The notes beneath the pieces were generated by a model. It worked only from the letters and a program-made list of their open reading frames with translations. It was not told the origin of the DNA and ran no database searches. The translations under genes and the position numbers were made by a program. DNA of 64,000 nucleotides from a virus, in the IMG/VR virus record IMGVR_UViG_3300037245_001077, positions 64,001 to 128,000 of that record; one strand, given 5' to 3'. Below are positions 10,897 to 17,069 of this stretch, in pieces. Position 1 is the first letter of the stretch. The number at the start of each line of letters is the position of its first letter.

Positions 10897-10929
10897 TAGC
10901 GGGAAGAACGCGATGCGCCTAACCCGCTA
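10897..10929 (+). repeat. Conserved hairpin motif, copy 2
   Basis: TAGCGGG-[AAGAACGCGATGCGCCTAA]-CCCGCTA. Confidence 0.7.
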
Positions 10930-10946
10930 AATTTTGGTTGTAGTGT

Positions 10947-11021
10947 CGCGGAGTGTAGCAGCGGTAGCTAAGCTGGCTCATAACCAGATGGTCGGGGGTT
11001 CGAATCCCCCCTCCGCAACCA
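10947..11021 (+). tRNA. tRNA-Met(CAT), initiator-like
   Basis: Loop CT-CAT-AA, C1xA72 mismatch, CCA; only two of the three initiator G-C anticodon-stem pairs. Confidence 0.9.
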
Positions 11022-11070
11022 AGTTTAGGGGGTGTTCTTTCACCCCTTTTCTTTATTGTCTGGAGAGAGT

Positions 11071-11223
11071 ATGACCCGCAACGCTTTGATCCAGGCTATT
11101 ATCGAGATGGTTACATCTTCTTTACCCAAGAAGATAACGTTGACCAAGAAGATTGGCAAGGATTTGTGGGTAACGGATACGAAGAGAATGCTCGCCCTTA
11201 TGAAGAAGAAGAGGAAGAAGTAA
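11071..11223 (+). CDS. Basic protein, MTREE-motif family
   Basis: MTRNALIQAIIE start after GGAG; Lys-rich body. Confidence 0.65.
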   Translation: MTRNALIQAIIEMVTSSLPKKITLTKKIGKDLWVTDTKRMLALMKKKRKK

Positions 11224-11224
11224 C

Positions 11225-11590
11225 ATGACCCGCGAAGAGCTTACCGAAGCCATTGTTGAAGCAGTTATCGGTTCGCACGAGGCGGGTGTAGCTATCAATA
11301 CCATGTACAACCAGCATCCAAAGCTCTTTAAGAAAATAAACAAGTGGGAATCAGGGAAACGACGGCGTTTGCAGGTTATGAGAAAATTACGGTTGTCTAA
11401 GGATGACGATTTTGATATTAATGATAAGGCGGTAAGCCACTCTACACGCAAAGCGCATAAGTGGTTGTCTAAACGAAAGAATCCGTTAAATCGGACGTTT
11501 CAGGATCGGGTAAAGGCCGTAACTCGTAAGCCTTCAAAGCAAGTAGCGAAGGACGCGCATTACAATATGCGTTCTAGAATGACTTATTAG
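11225..11590 (+). CDS. Basic protein, MTREE-motif family
   Basis: MTREELTEAIVE then K/R-rich body. Confidence 0.75.
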   Translation: MTREELTEAIVEAVIGSHEAGVAINTMYNQHPKLFKKINKWESGKRRRLQVMRKLRLSKDDDFDINDKAVSHSTRKAHKWLSKRKNPLNRTFQDRVKAVTRKPSKQVAKDAHYNMRSRMTY

Positions 11591-11600
11591 AGGAAATAAC

Positions 11601-11642
11601 ATGTTCGTGACAACGATTAAAACCGAGGAGGAAAAGATCTAG
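11601..11642 (+). CDS. Attenuator leader peptide 1 MFVTTIKTEEEKI
   Basis: SD GAGGA; 10 of 12 non-start codons are Thr/Ile/Lys/Glu, the amino acids of the downstream tRNAs. Confidence 0.85.
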   Translation: MFVTTIKTEEEKI

Positions 11643-11647
11643 GATAG

Positions 11648-11698
11648 CCCTGGACATACCTTCGGTGTATCTCCAGGGACCGTAAGGTCTCTTTTTTT
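11648..11698 (+). terminator. Attenuator 1: antiterminator CCCTGGA/TCCAGGG overlapping terminator GGGACC-GTAA-GGTCTC-T7
   Basis: Both hairpins need GGG 11676-11678. Confidence 0.8.
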
Positions 11699-11708
11699 GT
11701 GTCTATGA

Positions 11709-11782
11709 GCCGGTGTAGCATAATGGCAATGCGCGTCTCTTGTAAAGACGGAGATCCAGTTCAACTCTGGCATCCGGCTCCA
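11709..11782 (+). tRNA. tRNA-Thr(TGT)
   Basis: CGTCT-CT-TGT-AA-AGACG, CCA; slightly irregular acceptor/T junction. Confidence 0.85.
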
Positions 11783-11787
11783 ATATT

Positions 11788-11862
11788 CACCCTGTAGAAC
11801 AATGGTCAGTTTACCGGGCTTTCAACCCGATGATCGGGGTTCAACTCCCCGCAGGGTGACCA
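11788..11862 (+). tRNA. tRNA-Glu(TTC)
   Basis: Loop CT-TTC-AA, CACCCTG/CAGGGTG, CCA. Confidence 0.9.
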
Positions 11863-11866
11863 ACTT

Positions 11867-11942
11867 GGCGGTGTCTGCTAACGGTTAGGCAACATGGTTC
11901 TCACCCATGAAATGGCGGGTTCGATTCCCCCCACCGTCACCA
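11867..11942 (+). tRNA. tRNA-Glu(CTC)
   Basis: CATGG-TT-CTC-AC-CCATG, CCA. Confidence 0.9.
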
Positions 11943-11954
11943 TAGGAGATCAAC

Positions 11955-12107
11955 ATGAACGGCGACCGAAACGACAAGATGTCCGAACTCATGCGAGCAA
12001 TTCGCTGGGGGTGGGACTGTATGTACCCTGTCCGTATCAAGGGTAGTGAGAAACGTCGTTTGCGTCGAAAATACCGTCACGATGCTAAACGTGAGATAGC
12101 CCTGTAG
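11955..12107 (+). CDS. 50-aa basic ORF inside tRNA operon 1
   Basis: SD AGGAG; MNGDRNDKMSELMRAIRWGWDC...; stop codon lies inside the 5' end of tRNA-Ile. Confidence 0.5.
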   Translation: MNGDRNDKMSELMRAIRWGWDCMYPVRIKGSEKRRLRRKYRHDAKREIAL

Positions 12108-12172
12108 CTCAGTGGTAGAGCAGAGGGTCGATAACCCTCGTGTCCGTGGTTCGAATCCACGTGGGGCTACCA
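12098..12172 (+). tRNA. tRNA-Ile(GAT)
   Basis: GAGGG-TC-GAT-AA-CCCTC, CCA. Confidence 0.92.
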
Positions 12173-12179
12173 TTTACAC

Positions 12180-12255
12180 ACCCCCATGACGCAACTGGCA
12201 GCGTAGCTGGCTCTTAACCAGTATGTTGAAGGTTCGACTCCTTCTGGGGGTACCA
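12180..12255 (+). tRNA. tRNA-Lys(CTT)
   Basis: Loop CT-CTT-AA, CCA. Confidence 0.92.
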
Positions 12256-12258
12256 TGT

Positions 12259-12333
12259 GGGATCGTGGCGCAATGGAAGCGCAACAGGCTTTTAACCTGA
12301 ATGTTGAGAGTTCGAGTCTCTCCGGTCCCACCA
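12259..12333 (+). tRNA. tRNA-Lys(TTT)
   Basis: Loop CT-TTT-AA, CCA. Confidence 0.92.
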
Positions 12334-12365
12334 CCTTCTTCCTTCTTTATTTCTTGGGAGATGCT

Positions 12366-12599
12366 ATGACCCGAGAAGAACTTATTGAAGCCATTGTTGA
12401 AGTGATGCAGCGAAGTAAACATCCTCTAACGGGTGGTCATTTCAGTTTTCCTCCTCCTATGAAAACAAGAGCAGGGCAGTGGACAAGACGGAAGCGTTTG
12501 AGGGTTGTTTCTGGTGCTATGACAGGTAAAGACCCTAGCATAACGAAATCTATGGCTTTTGCTTCTGAAATAGCTCGAAGAAAACGAGCAAACAAATAG
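12366..12599 (+). CDS. Basic protein, MTREE-motif family
   Basis: MTREELIEAIVE; start re-assigned to 12366 (SD GGGAG). Confidence 0.75.
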   Translation: MTREELIEAIVEVMQRSKHPLTGGHFSFPPPMKTRAGQWTRRKRLRVVSGAMTGKDPSITKSMAFASEIARRKRANK

Positions 12600-12610
12600 A
12601 GGATTAAAAT

Positions 12611-12844
12611 ATGACCCGTGAAGAGATTATTGAAGCCATTATCCTTACTGAGTTCGAGCCTTTGACTATGATTGCTGCTGGTGCGGCTACTGGTTACGCG
12701 GCTAGAAAGTTGAGAAACCGTTATAGCGTTAAAGGAGCCACAGGTGCGGCTAAGAGAAGTTCGGCTATCTCGAAGGCATATGCGAAGAAGGCTGAGCGGC
12801 ATACCGCAAGGGCAAAGTTCCTTACTGCTAGAAAGAACGCATAA
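12611..12844 (+). CDS. Basic protein, MTREE-motif family
   Basis: MTREEIIEAIILTE, Ala/Gly segment, basic tail. Confidence 0.75.
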   Translation: MTREEIIEAIILTEFEPLTMIAAGAATGYAARKLRNRYSVKGATGAAKRSSAISKAYAKKAERHTARAKFLTARKNA

Positions 12845-13944
12845 TGACCCGAGATAAGATTATTGAAGATATTGTTGAAGGCTACGTCAAAGATGTGCTC
12901 ACTTACGATTTGAGTAAGCATCATCCTAGACCCCATGAGCGCTTCCGCTTCAACAACGCAGCCCGTAAAGCCAAAGAGAAGGCACGGGAAGTGTTTAGGA
13001 ACAAAGCCAAGAGCGCACATGATACTCAACCTATTGACGTTTCCAAGTTTGTATCCAAATCTACAGCTCGTAGGGCACCGGGGATCAAAGTCCCCAAAAG
13101 CTATCGCCCTAAACTTAAGATGAGTTCAGCTAGGCGAAAGGGTCCAACCGTTCGCCAACAGCAGGGCAGAAAAGCAGTGTTGGGTGCAGCGGCAGCTATT
13201 GGTGCGGGTATGGTGGCTCATAAGGCGTACAAGTACCATAAGGCCAAAAAGAAAAGAGAGATGCGTGAAGGCTTGATTGAGGCCCTTTCTACTCATAAGG
13301 TCTACAAGGCTAGGATGTTTTCAAAGAAGCCACAATCTTATGCTAAAACAATGACTTATTGGCAAACTCCAGAACAGAAGAGTTTAAAAGCTGTTAAGAA
13401 AAAGATTCCCGTGGTTTCTTTAGAGTTAAGGAGTAAAAAGGATAAGTCTACCCATCAGGTGTCGCTTGCTCCAGATCCTCGTAAGAGGCTTTGGGGGAAA
13501 TTGGCAAAGATGCAGGGGTTTGACCCTAAATCAAAGAAAGCAACGCTTAAACGACGGGCGTTTTATCGTTTGCGTAAGAACAAGTACAAGGTTGTTGAGG
13601 GTGACCTAGGGGACTTCGCTGTAGCCCCAACCGCAGCCGTAGACGCTTCCCCGATCCATAAAGAGCAGAGGGATCGGTATTGGATGATCAAGAACCGTAA
13701 GAAGATCAAGAACATGATAGTGAAAGAGGTTTTTGACGACACCTATGGTTCGAGCGTGCTTGACCGAGCAGCACGGGTGGAAAAATCTACAAACTTTATT
13801 GCTAAGGCGAAAAAGCTTAAAAGCCTTGTTGGTAAGGCGAGAAAGCTTACTAAGGATTATGAGCTTGGTATGTACCACGGTGCGGGCAAAATGTCTAAGA
13901 TGAATATCTCTTTGGGTAACAAAAAATTTGGGAAGATAGGGTAG
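12844..13944 (+). CDS. Long basic protein, MTREE-motif family
   Basis: MTRDKIIEDIVE plus internal MREGLIEAL. Confidence 0.75.
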   Translation: MTRDKIIEDIVEGYVKDVLTYDLSKHHPRPHERFRFNNAARKAKEKAREVFRNKAKSAHDTQPIDVSKFVSKSTARRAPGIKVPKSYRPKLKMSSARRKGPTVRQQQGRKAVLGAAAAIGAGMVAHKAYKYHKAKKKREMREGLIEALSTHKVYKARMFSKKPQSYAKTMTYWQTPEQKSLKAVKKKIPVVSLELRSKKDKSTHQVSLAPDPRKRLWGKLAKMQGFDPKSKKATLKRRAFYRLRKNKYKVVEGDLGDFAVAPTAAVDASPIHKEQRDRYWMIKNRKKIKNMIVKEVFDDTYGSSVLDRAARVEKSTNFIAKAKKLKSLVGKARKLTKDYELGMYHGAGKMSKMNISLGNKKFGKIG

Positions 13945-13952
13945 GGGTTAAC

Positions 13953-14225
13953 ATGACACGCGAAGAAGTGATTGAAGCCATTGTATACGAGATGACGCAA
14001 GAGAAAAAAGATAAGTGGAAGTCTCGTGCCAAGAAAACTGCAATCGGGGCTGGTATAATTGGAGTAGGTGTTCTTGCTACGAAAGCTCCTAAAGCTAAGC
14101 GTTATCATGCTTTAGGTAAAAAGGTGTCTTCTACGGTGGATAGTAGCGCTTACAGACAAGCTTTGGTTTCTAAGAACAAATATGGATTGCATGTTGACAA
14201 ATACTATGGTTCTTCTTCTTTTTAA
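13953..14225 (+). CDS. Basic protein, MTREE-motif family
   Basis: MTREEVIEAIVYE. Confidence 0.75.
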   Translation: MTREEVIEAIVYEMTQEKKDKWKSRAKKTAIGAGIIGVGVLATKAPKAKRYHALGKKVSSTVDSSAYRQALVSKNKYGLHVDKYYGSSSF

Positions 14226-14228
14226 GGC

Positions 14229-14257
14229 TTGACAACGGTAACAAAAGATGCCATACT
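14229..14257 (+). promoter_or_regulatory. sigma70-type promoter of tRNA operon 2
   Basis: TTGACA-17 nt-CATACT with TG extension. Confidence 0.75.
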
Positions 14258-14266
14258 AAATCAGTA

Positions 14267-14326
14267 ATGAAGAATTTTCTATATACCCTCGTTGATTGTG
14301 TAGCCCACTTTGATAGTTGGCTTTAG
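14267..14326 (+). CDS. Attenuator leader peptide 2 MKNFLYTLVDCVAHFDSWL
   Basis: Contains all 8 amino acids (D,L,A,H,C,Y,F,V) of the downstream tRNAs; ATG 9 nt after the -10 box. Confidence 0.85.
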   Translation: MKNFLYTLVDCVAHFDSWL

Positions 14327-14377
14327 GGGGGTTTTTGTCTTTTCGTCTTTGACACCCCCTGCACAAGGGGGTTTTTT
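14325..14377 (+). terminator. Attenuator 2: antiterminator AGGGGG..TGTC/GACACCCCCT versus terminator ACCCCCT-GCACA-AGGGGGT-T5
   Basis: The C-run 14355-14359 can pair with either G-run. Confidence 0.8.
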
Positions 14378-14384
14378 AGTATTC

Positions 14385-14461
14385 GGGGGTGTAGTCTAGT
14401 AGAGTAAGGCCCTGGATTGTCAGTCCAGTGATCGCCGGTTCGAGTCCGGTCACTCCCGCCA
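14385..14461 (+). tRNA. tRNA-Asp(GTC)
   Basis: CTGGA-TT-GTC-AG-TCCAG, G73, CCA. Confidence 0.92.
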
Positions 14462-14481
14462 AGTTCTTTGAAAATTAGTGT

Positions 14482-14566
14482 GCTGAGGTGGCGAAGTTGG
14501 TAGACGCGCTGGTCTTAGGAACCAGTGTCTTCGGGCGTGTGGGTTCGAATCCCTCCCTCAGCACCA
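14482..14566 (+). tRNA. tRNA-Leu(TAG)
   Basis: CTGGT-CT-TAG-GA-ACCAG, long variable arm, CCA. Confidence 0.92.
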
Positions 14567-14577
14567 AAATATCGTGT

Positions 14578-14653
14578 GGGCTGTCATGTTCCAAGGGGGC
14601 GAGGAGCACTTGCAATGCACCTGTGGAGGGTTCGATTCCCTTGCGGTCCACCA
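14578..14653 (+). tRNA. tRNA-Ala(TGC)
   Basis: Loop CT-TGC-AA, G3.U70, atypical D arm, CCA. Confidence 0.85.
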
Positions 14654-14657
14654 AGTT

Positions 14658-14731
14658 GTGAGGGTAGTGTAATGGCAGCACGAGAGTTTGTGGCACTCTC
14701 AGAGCGGATTCAAATTCCGTCCCTCACCCCA
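14658..14731 (+). tRNA. tRNA-His(GTG)
   Basis: AGAGT-TT-GTG-GC-ACTCT, C73, CCA; G-1 not encoded. Confidence 0.88.
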
Positions 14732-14811
14732 GTTTCGGTTTTGGGGGTCCGACACAGTGTTACAAGCTACCTCAGAGGTAGTTCAAGGGCACTCTACAAA
14801 ATCCCCATTTG

Positions 14812-14885
14812 AGGGTGGTGGCCGAGAGGCTAGGCAGGGGACTGCAAATCCTTTTACGCGGGTTCAAATCCCGCCCACCTTTCCA
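14812..14885 (+). tRNA. tRNA-Cys(GCA)
   Basis: Loop CT-GCA-AA, U73, CCA. Confidence 0.92.
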
Positions 14886-14886
14886 T

Positions 14887-14972
14887 GCCAGTATAGACCT
14901 CTATGGAGGGGGGACGGGTTGTAGCCCCGTTGTTGCAAGGCCCGCAAGGTTCGATTCCTTGTACTGGCACCA
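14887..14972 (+). tRNA. tRNA-Tyr(GTA)
   Basis: ACGGG-TT-GTA-GC-CCCGT, long variable arm, CCA. Confidence 0.88.
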
Positions 14973-14975
14973 TTT

Positions 14976-15051
14976 GCCTCTGTAGCTCAGGTAGTAGAGC
15001 GCGAGACTGAAGATCTCGGCGTCGGGGGTGCAAGTCCTCCTGGGGGCACCA
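14976..15051 (+). tRNA. tRNA-Phe(GAA)
   Basis: CGAGA-CT-GAA-GA-TCTCG, CCA. Confidence 0.9.
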
Positions 15052-15054
15052 TTT

Positions 15055-15130
15055 AGGCAGGTAGCTCAGTTGGTAGAGTTGCTGGTTTACACCCAGTCTG
15101 TCATCGGTTCGAATCCGGTCCTGCCTACCA
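15055..15130 (+). tRNA. tRNA-Val(TAC)
   Basis: Loop TT-TAC-AC, CCA. Confidence 0.92.
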
Positions 15131-15192
15131 TTCACTTTATTGTTTGGGGTATGTATGTTTCGTGAAGATTATTTTATAAAACGGGATAAAAT

Positions 15193-16068
15193 ATGACGGA
15201 TAGAAATTTAGATTATGACTATGCTGCAAAGCAACGAGATATTACTCGTGAGCAGTATGCTAAAGGAACATATATTTATGCTGGTTATAGTCCTGCAACA
15301 CCTTTAGTGTGGAATGTTGAGGATCAGCCGATTGGCTCAGGTGCTCCGGCAAACGTGTTTGACGCCTGGGGCGAGGACTTGGAGGTCCGGGCGATCCCTG
15401 TGGATGGGAAAGAGCCGCTGACGCCGTTCACCAAGGAGCTTCATGCAAAAACAGGGAACCCTGGATATCTCTATGGGCTGTACTTCACATTATTGCTCGA
15501 TGGTTTTGATATTGATTTGAATAATGGTAAATTCCGGGTTGAAATTGTGGCTCGGCATGTTGTCCCAGATCCAGAATTTCAGCCCGGTCAATACTTACAG
15601 CTTGGTGAGGACGACTATTACCCAGAATGGGATACGTGGCGCATGTTCAAAGCCGGGTTTCTTTCTGAAGAGTCCGGCGAAAGTGATGTTCAATCTTGGC
15701 ATTGGGAGTTTGGTGGTGAACTATATAATTCGTTCTATGACTACAAGGTAAACTGGGAGTTCGGAACACCAATTGTCGGATACACTATCCACCAGATCGA
15801 GGTGGATTTCCAAGCTGGCGTGTTCGAGCAACGCATCGTTGGTCATTGGGCAGGAGATCAAGGAGAGCAATCATCTTGGTGGGTTAAGGCTCCTCGCGCC
15901 GCTGAATTTCCGGCTGGAGAACAGTCAGCACAGACGCTCATATTATGGCTTCAAGATAAAAACAGCGGAGAGGCGATGGTTACTCAGCTTTGGCTTGGCC
16001 CAATTACTGACCCATTCCCAAATGGCGCGGTTTTGACATCGAATATCGGGTTTGGAAATAGTTCTTGA
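15193..16068 (+). CDS. Hypothetical aromatic-rich protein (possible virion/lectin-like)
   Basis: 291-aa ORF between tRNA operons, W/Y/F-rich. Confidence 0.6.
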   Translation: MTDRNLDYDYAAKQRDITREQYAKGTYIYAGYSPATPLVWNVEDQPIGSGAPANVFDAWGEDLEVRAIPVDGKEPLTPFTKELHAKTGNPGYLYGLYFTLLLDGFDIDLNNGKFRVEIVARHVVPDPEFQPGQYLQLGEDDYYPEWDTWRMFKAGFLSEESGESDVQSWHWEFGGELYNSFYDYKVNWEFGTPIVGYTIHQIEVDFQAGVFEQRIVGHWAGDQGEQSSWWVKAPRAAEFPAGEQSAQTLILWLQDKNSGEAMVTQLWLGPITDPFPNGAVLTSNIGFGNSS

Positions 16069-16093
16069 CAAGCCCTTTATTGGGTGTTAGAGT
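16065..16093 (+). promoter_or_regulatory. sigma70-type promoter of tRNA operon 3
   Basis: TTGACA-17 nt-TAGAGT with TG extension. Confidence 0.75.
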
Positions 16094-16102
16094 GATTAAG
16101 TT

Positions 16103-16171
16103 ATGAAGAGATTATCCTCAAGGTTGTGGCAACAGAGCGGCTCGAATCCGAGTCGCCCAGGAGAGCTGTAA
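16103..16171 (+). CDS. Attenuator leader peptide 3 MKRLSSRLWQQSGSNPSRPGEL
   Basis: Has a codon readable by each of the 12 downstream tRNAs; all 21 non-start sense codons differ. Confidence 0.9.
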   Translation: MKRLSSRLWQQSGSNPSRPGEL

Positions 16172-16236
16172 CTAAGGGGTAAAGATGCCAATTCGCCCGT
16201 TCCGTTCTTACCCCCTAGTACAGTAGGGGGTTTTTT
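16172..16236 (+). terminator. Attenuator 3: antiterminator CTAAGGGGTAAAGA/TCTTACCCCCTAG versus terminator ACCCCCTA-GTACAG-TAGGGGGT-T5
   Basis: Shared C-run 16211-16215. Confidence 0.85.
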
Positions 16237-16246
16237 ATTGATCTAA

Positions 16247-16258
16247 GTTCTTTGAAAA
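16247..16258 (+). promoter_or_regulatory. boxA-like antitermination site
   Basis: GTTCTTTGAAAA; identical copy at 14463-14474. Confidence 0.6.
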
Positions 16259-16271
16259 CAAAAAGTTATGT

Positions 16272-16348
16272 CCGAGAATGGCGCAGTTTGGCAGCGCACT
16301 TGGTTTGGGACCAAGGTGTCGAAGGTTCAAATCCTTCTTCTCGGACCA
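16272..16348 (+). tRNA. tRNA-Pro(TGG)
   Basis: CTTGG-TT-TGG-GA-CCAAG, CCA. Confidence 0.92.
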
Positions 16349-16349
16349 T

Positions 16350-16434
16350 GGAAGGTACCGTCTATGGAGACAAGCGGTTTTGAACACCGTAGGCACGTGT
16401 AAGCGCGGGGGTTCGATTCCTCTACCTTCCTCCA
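16350..16434 (+). tRNA. tRNA-Ser(TGA)
   Basis: Loop TT-TGA-AC, long variable arm, CCA. Confidence 0.88.
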
Positions 16435-16444
16435 AGTTGTGTGT

Positions 16445-16519
16445 TCGGGCATGGTGTTAGTGGTAGCATACGAGGTTTCCACCCTCTGGGGCCGGGTTCG
16501 AGTCCTGGTGCCCGAACCA
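16445..16519 (+). tRNA. tRNA-Gly(TCC)
   Basis: Loop TT-TCC-AC, CCA. Confidence 0.88.
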
Positions 16520-16529
16520 AAATTTATGT

Positions 16530-16603
16530 AGGGGTATAGTGAAATGGTATCACGGCAGATTCCAGACCTGCTTTTCCGGGTTCAAATCCTGGTACCTCTG
16601 CCA
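16530..16603 (+). tRNA. tRNA-Trp(CCA)
   Basis: Loop TT-CCA-GA, G73, CCA. Confidence 0.88.
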
Positions 16604-16609
16604 AAGATT

Positions 16610-16698
16610 GGAAGGGTGGCTGAGTGGTAACAGCGCCGGGTTGCTAACCCGAGGCCGCGCTTCGGCGTGCGAGGGTTCGATCCCCTCTCCTTCCTCCA
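16610..16698 (+). tRNA. tRNA-Ser(GCT)
   Basis: Loop TT-GCT-AA, long variable arm, CCA. Confidence 0.92.
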
Positions 16699-16704
16699 AG
16701 TGTT

Positions 16705-16808
16705 GAACGGTGTGGCGTGGCAGCGTCAGGTTTTCCGTTAAGGAGATCATCCCTCCACTGCCTAATCGGAGAATGATGGGAGCTGGGTGGGGAATCCAGC
16801 CACCGTTC
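16705..16808 (+). ncRNA. Putative ~105-nt structured RNA of unknown class
   Basis: Closed by GAACGGTG/CACCGTTC, occupies a slot between two tRNAs. Confidence 0.5.
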
Positions 16809-16818
16809 ACTTTTTTGA

Positions 16819-16895
16819 GGCCCTGTAGCTCAGCGAACAGAGCATATGGCTACGAACCATAGTTGTCGGGGGTTTGAATCCCTCCAGGGCTTCCA
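16819..16895 (+). tRNA. tRNA-Arg(ACG)
   Basis: TATGG-CT-ACG-AA-CCATA, CCA. Confidence 0.92.
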
Positions 16896-16898
16896 TTT

Positions 16899-16974
16899 GC
16901 ACCCGTGGTCTAATGGCAAAGGCACTGCGTTTCTACCGCAGCAGATGTGGGTTCGACTCCTACCGGGTGTTCCA
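16899..16974 (+). tRNA. tRNA-Arg(TCT)
   Basis: CTGCG-TT-TCT-AC-CGCAG, CCA. Confidence 0.92.
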
Positions 16975-16984
16975 AAACTTATTC

Positions 16985-17063
16985 GGCACGGTAGCTTAGC
17001 ATGGCCTAAAGCAGTAGTTTGTTAAACTAATGATCGTAGGTTCAAATCCTACCTGTGCCGCCA
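16985..17063 (+). tRNA. tRNA-Asn(GTT)
   Basis: Loop TT-GTT-AA, G73, CCA. Confidence 0.9.
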
Positions 17064-17069
17064 AATTTT

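Noticed and set aside
14743-14806. Y RNA (GGTCCGA resembles the Ro-binding strand)
   Set aside because: The complementary TTGAC strand is missing and there is no Ro60 gene in the window.
11600-16260. T-box riboswitches as the tRNA-sensing mechanism
   Set aside because: No TGGNACC T-box bulge or stem I, and the leaders are too short; translated-leader attenuation fits better.
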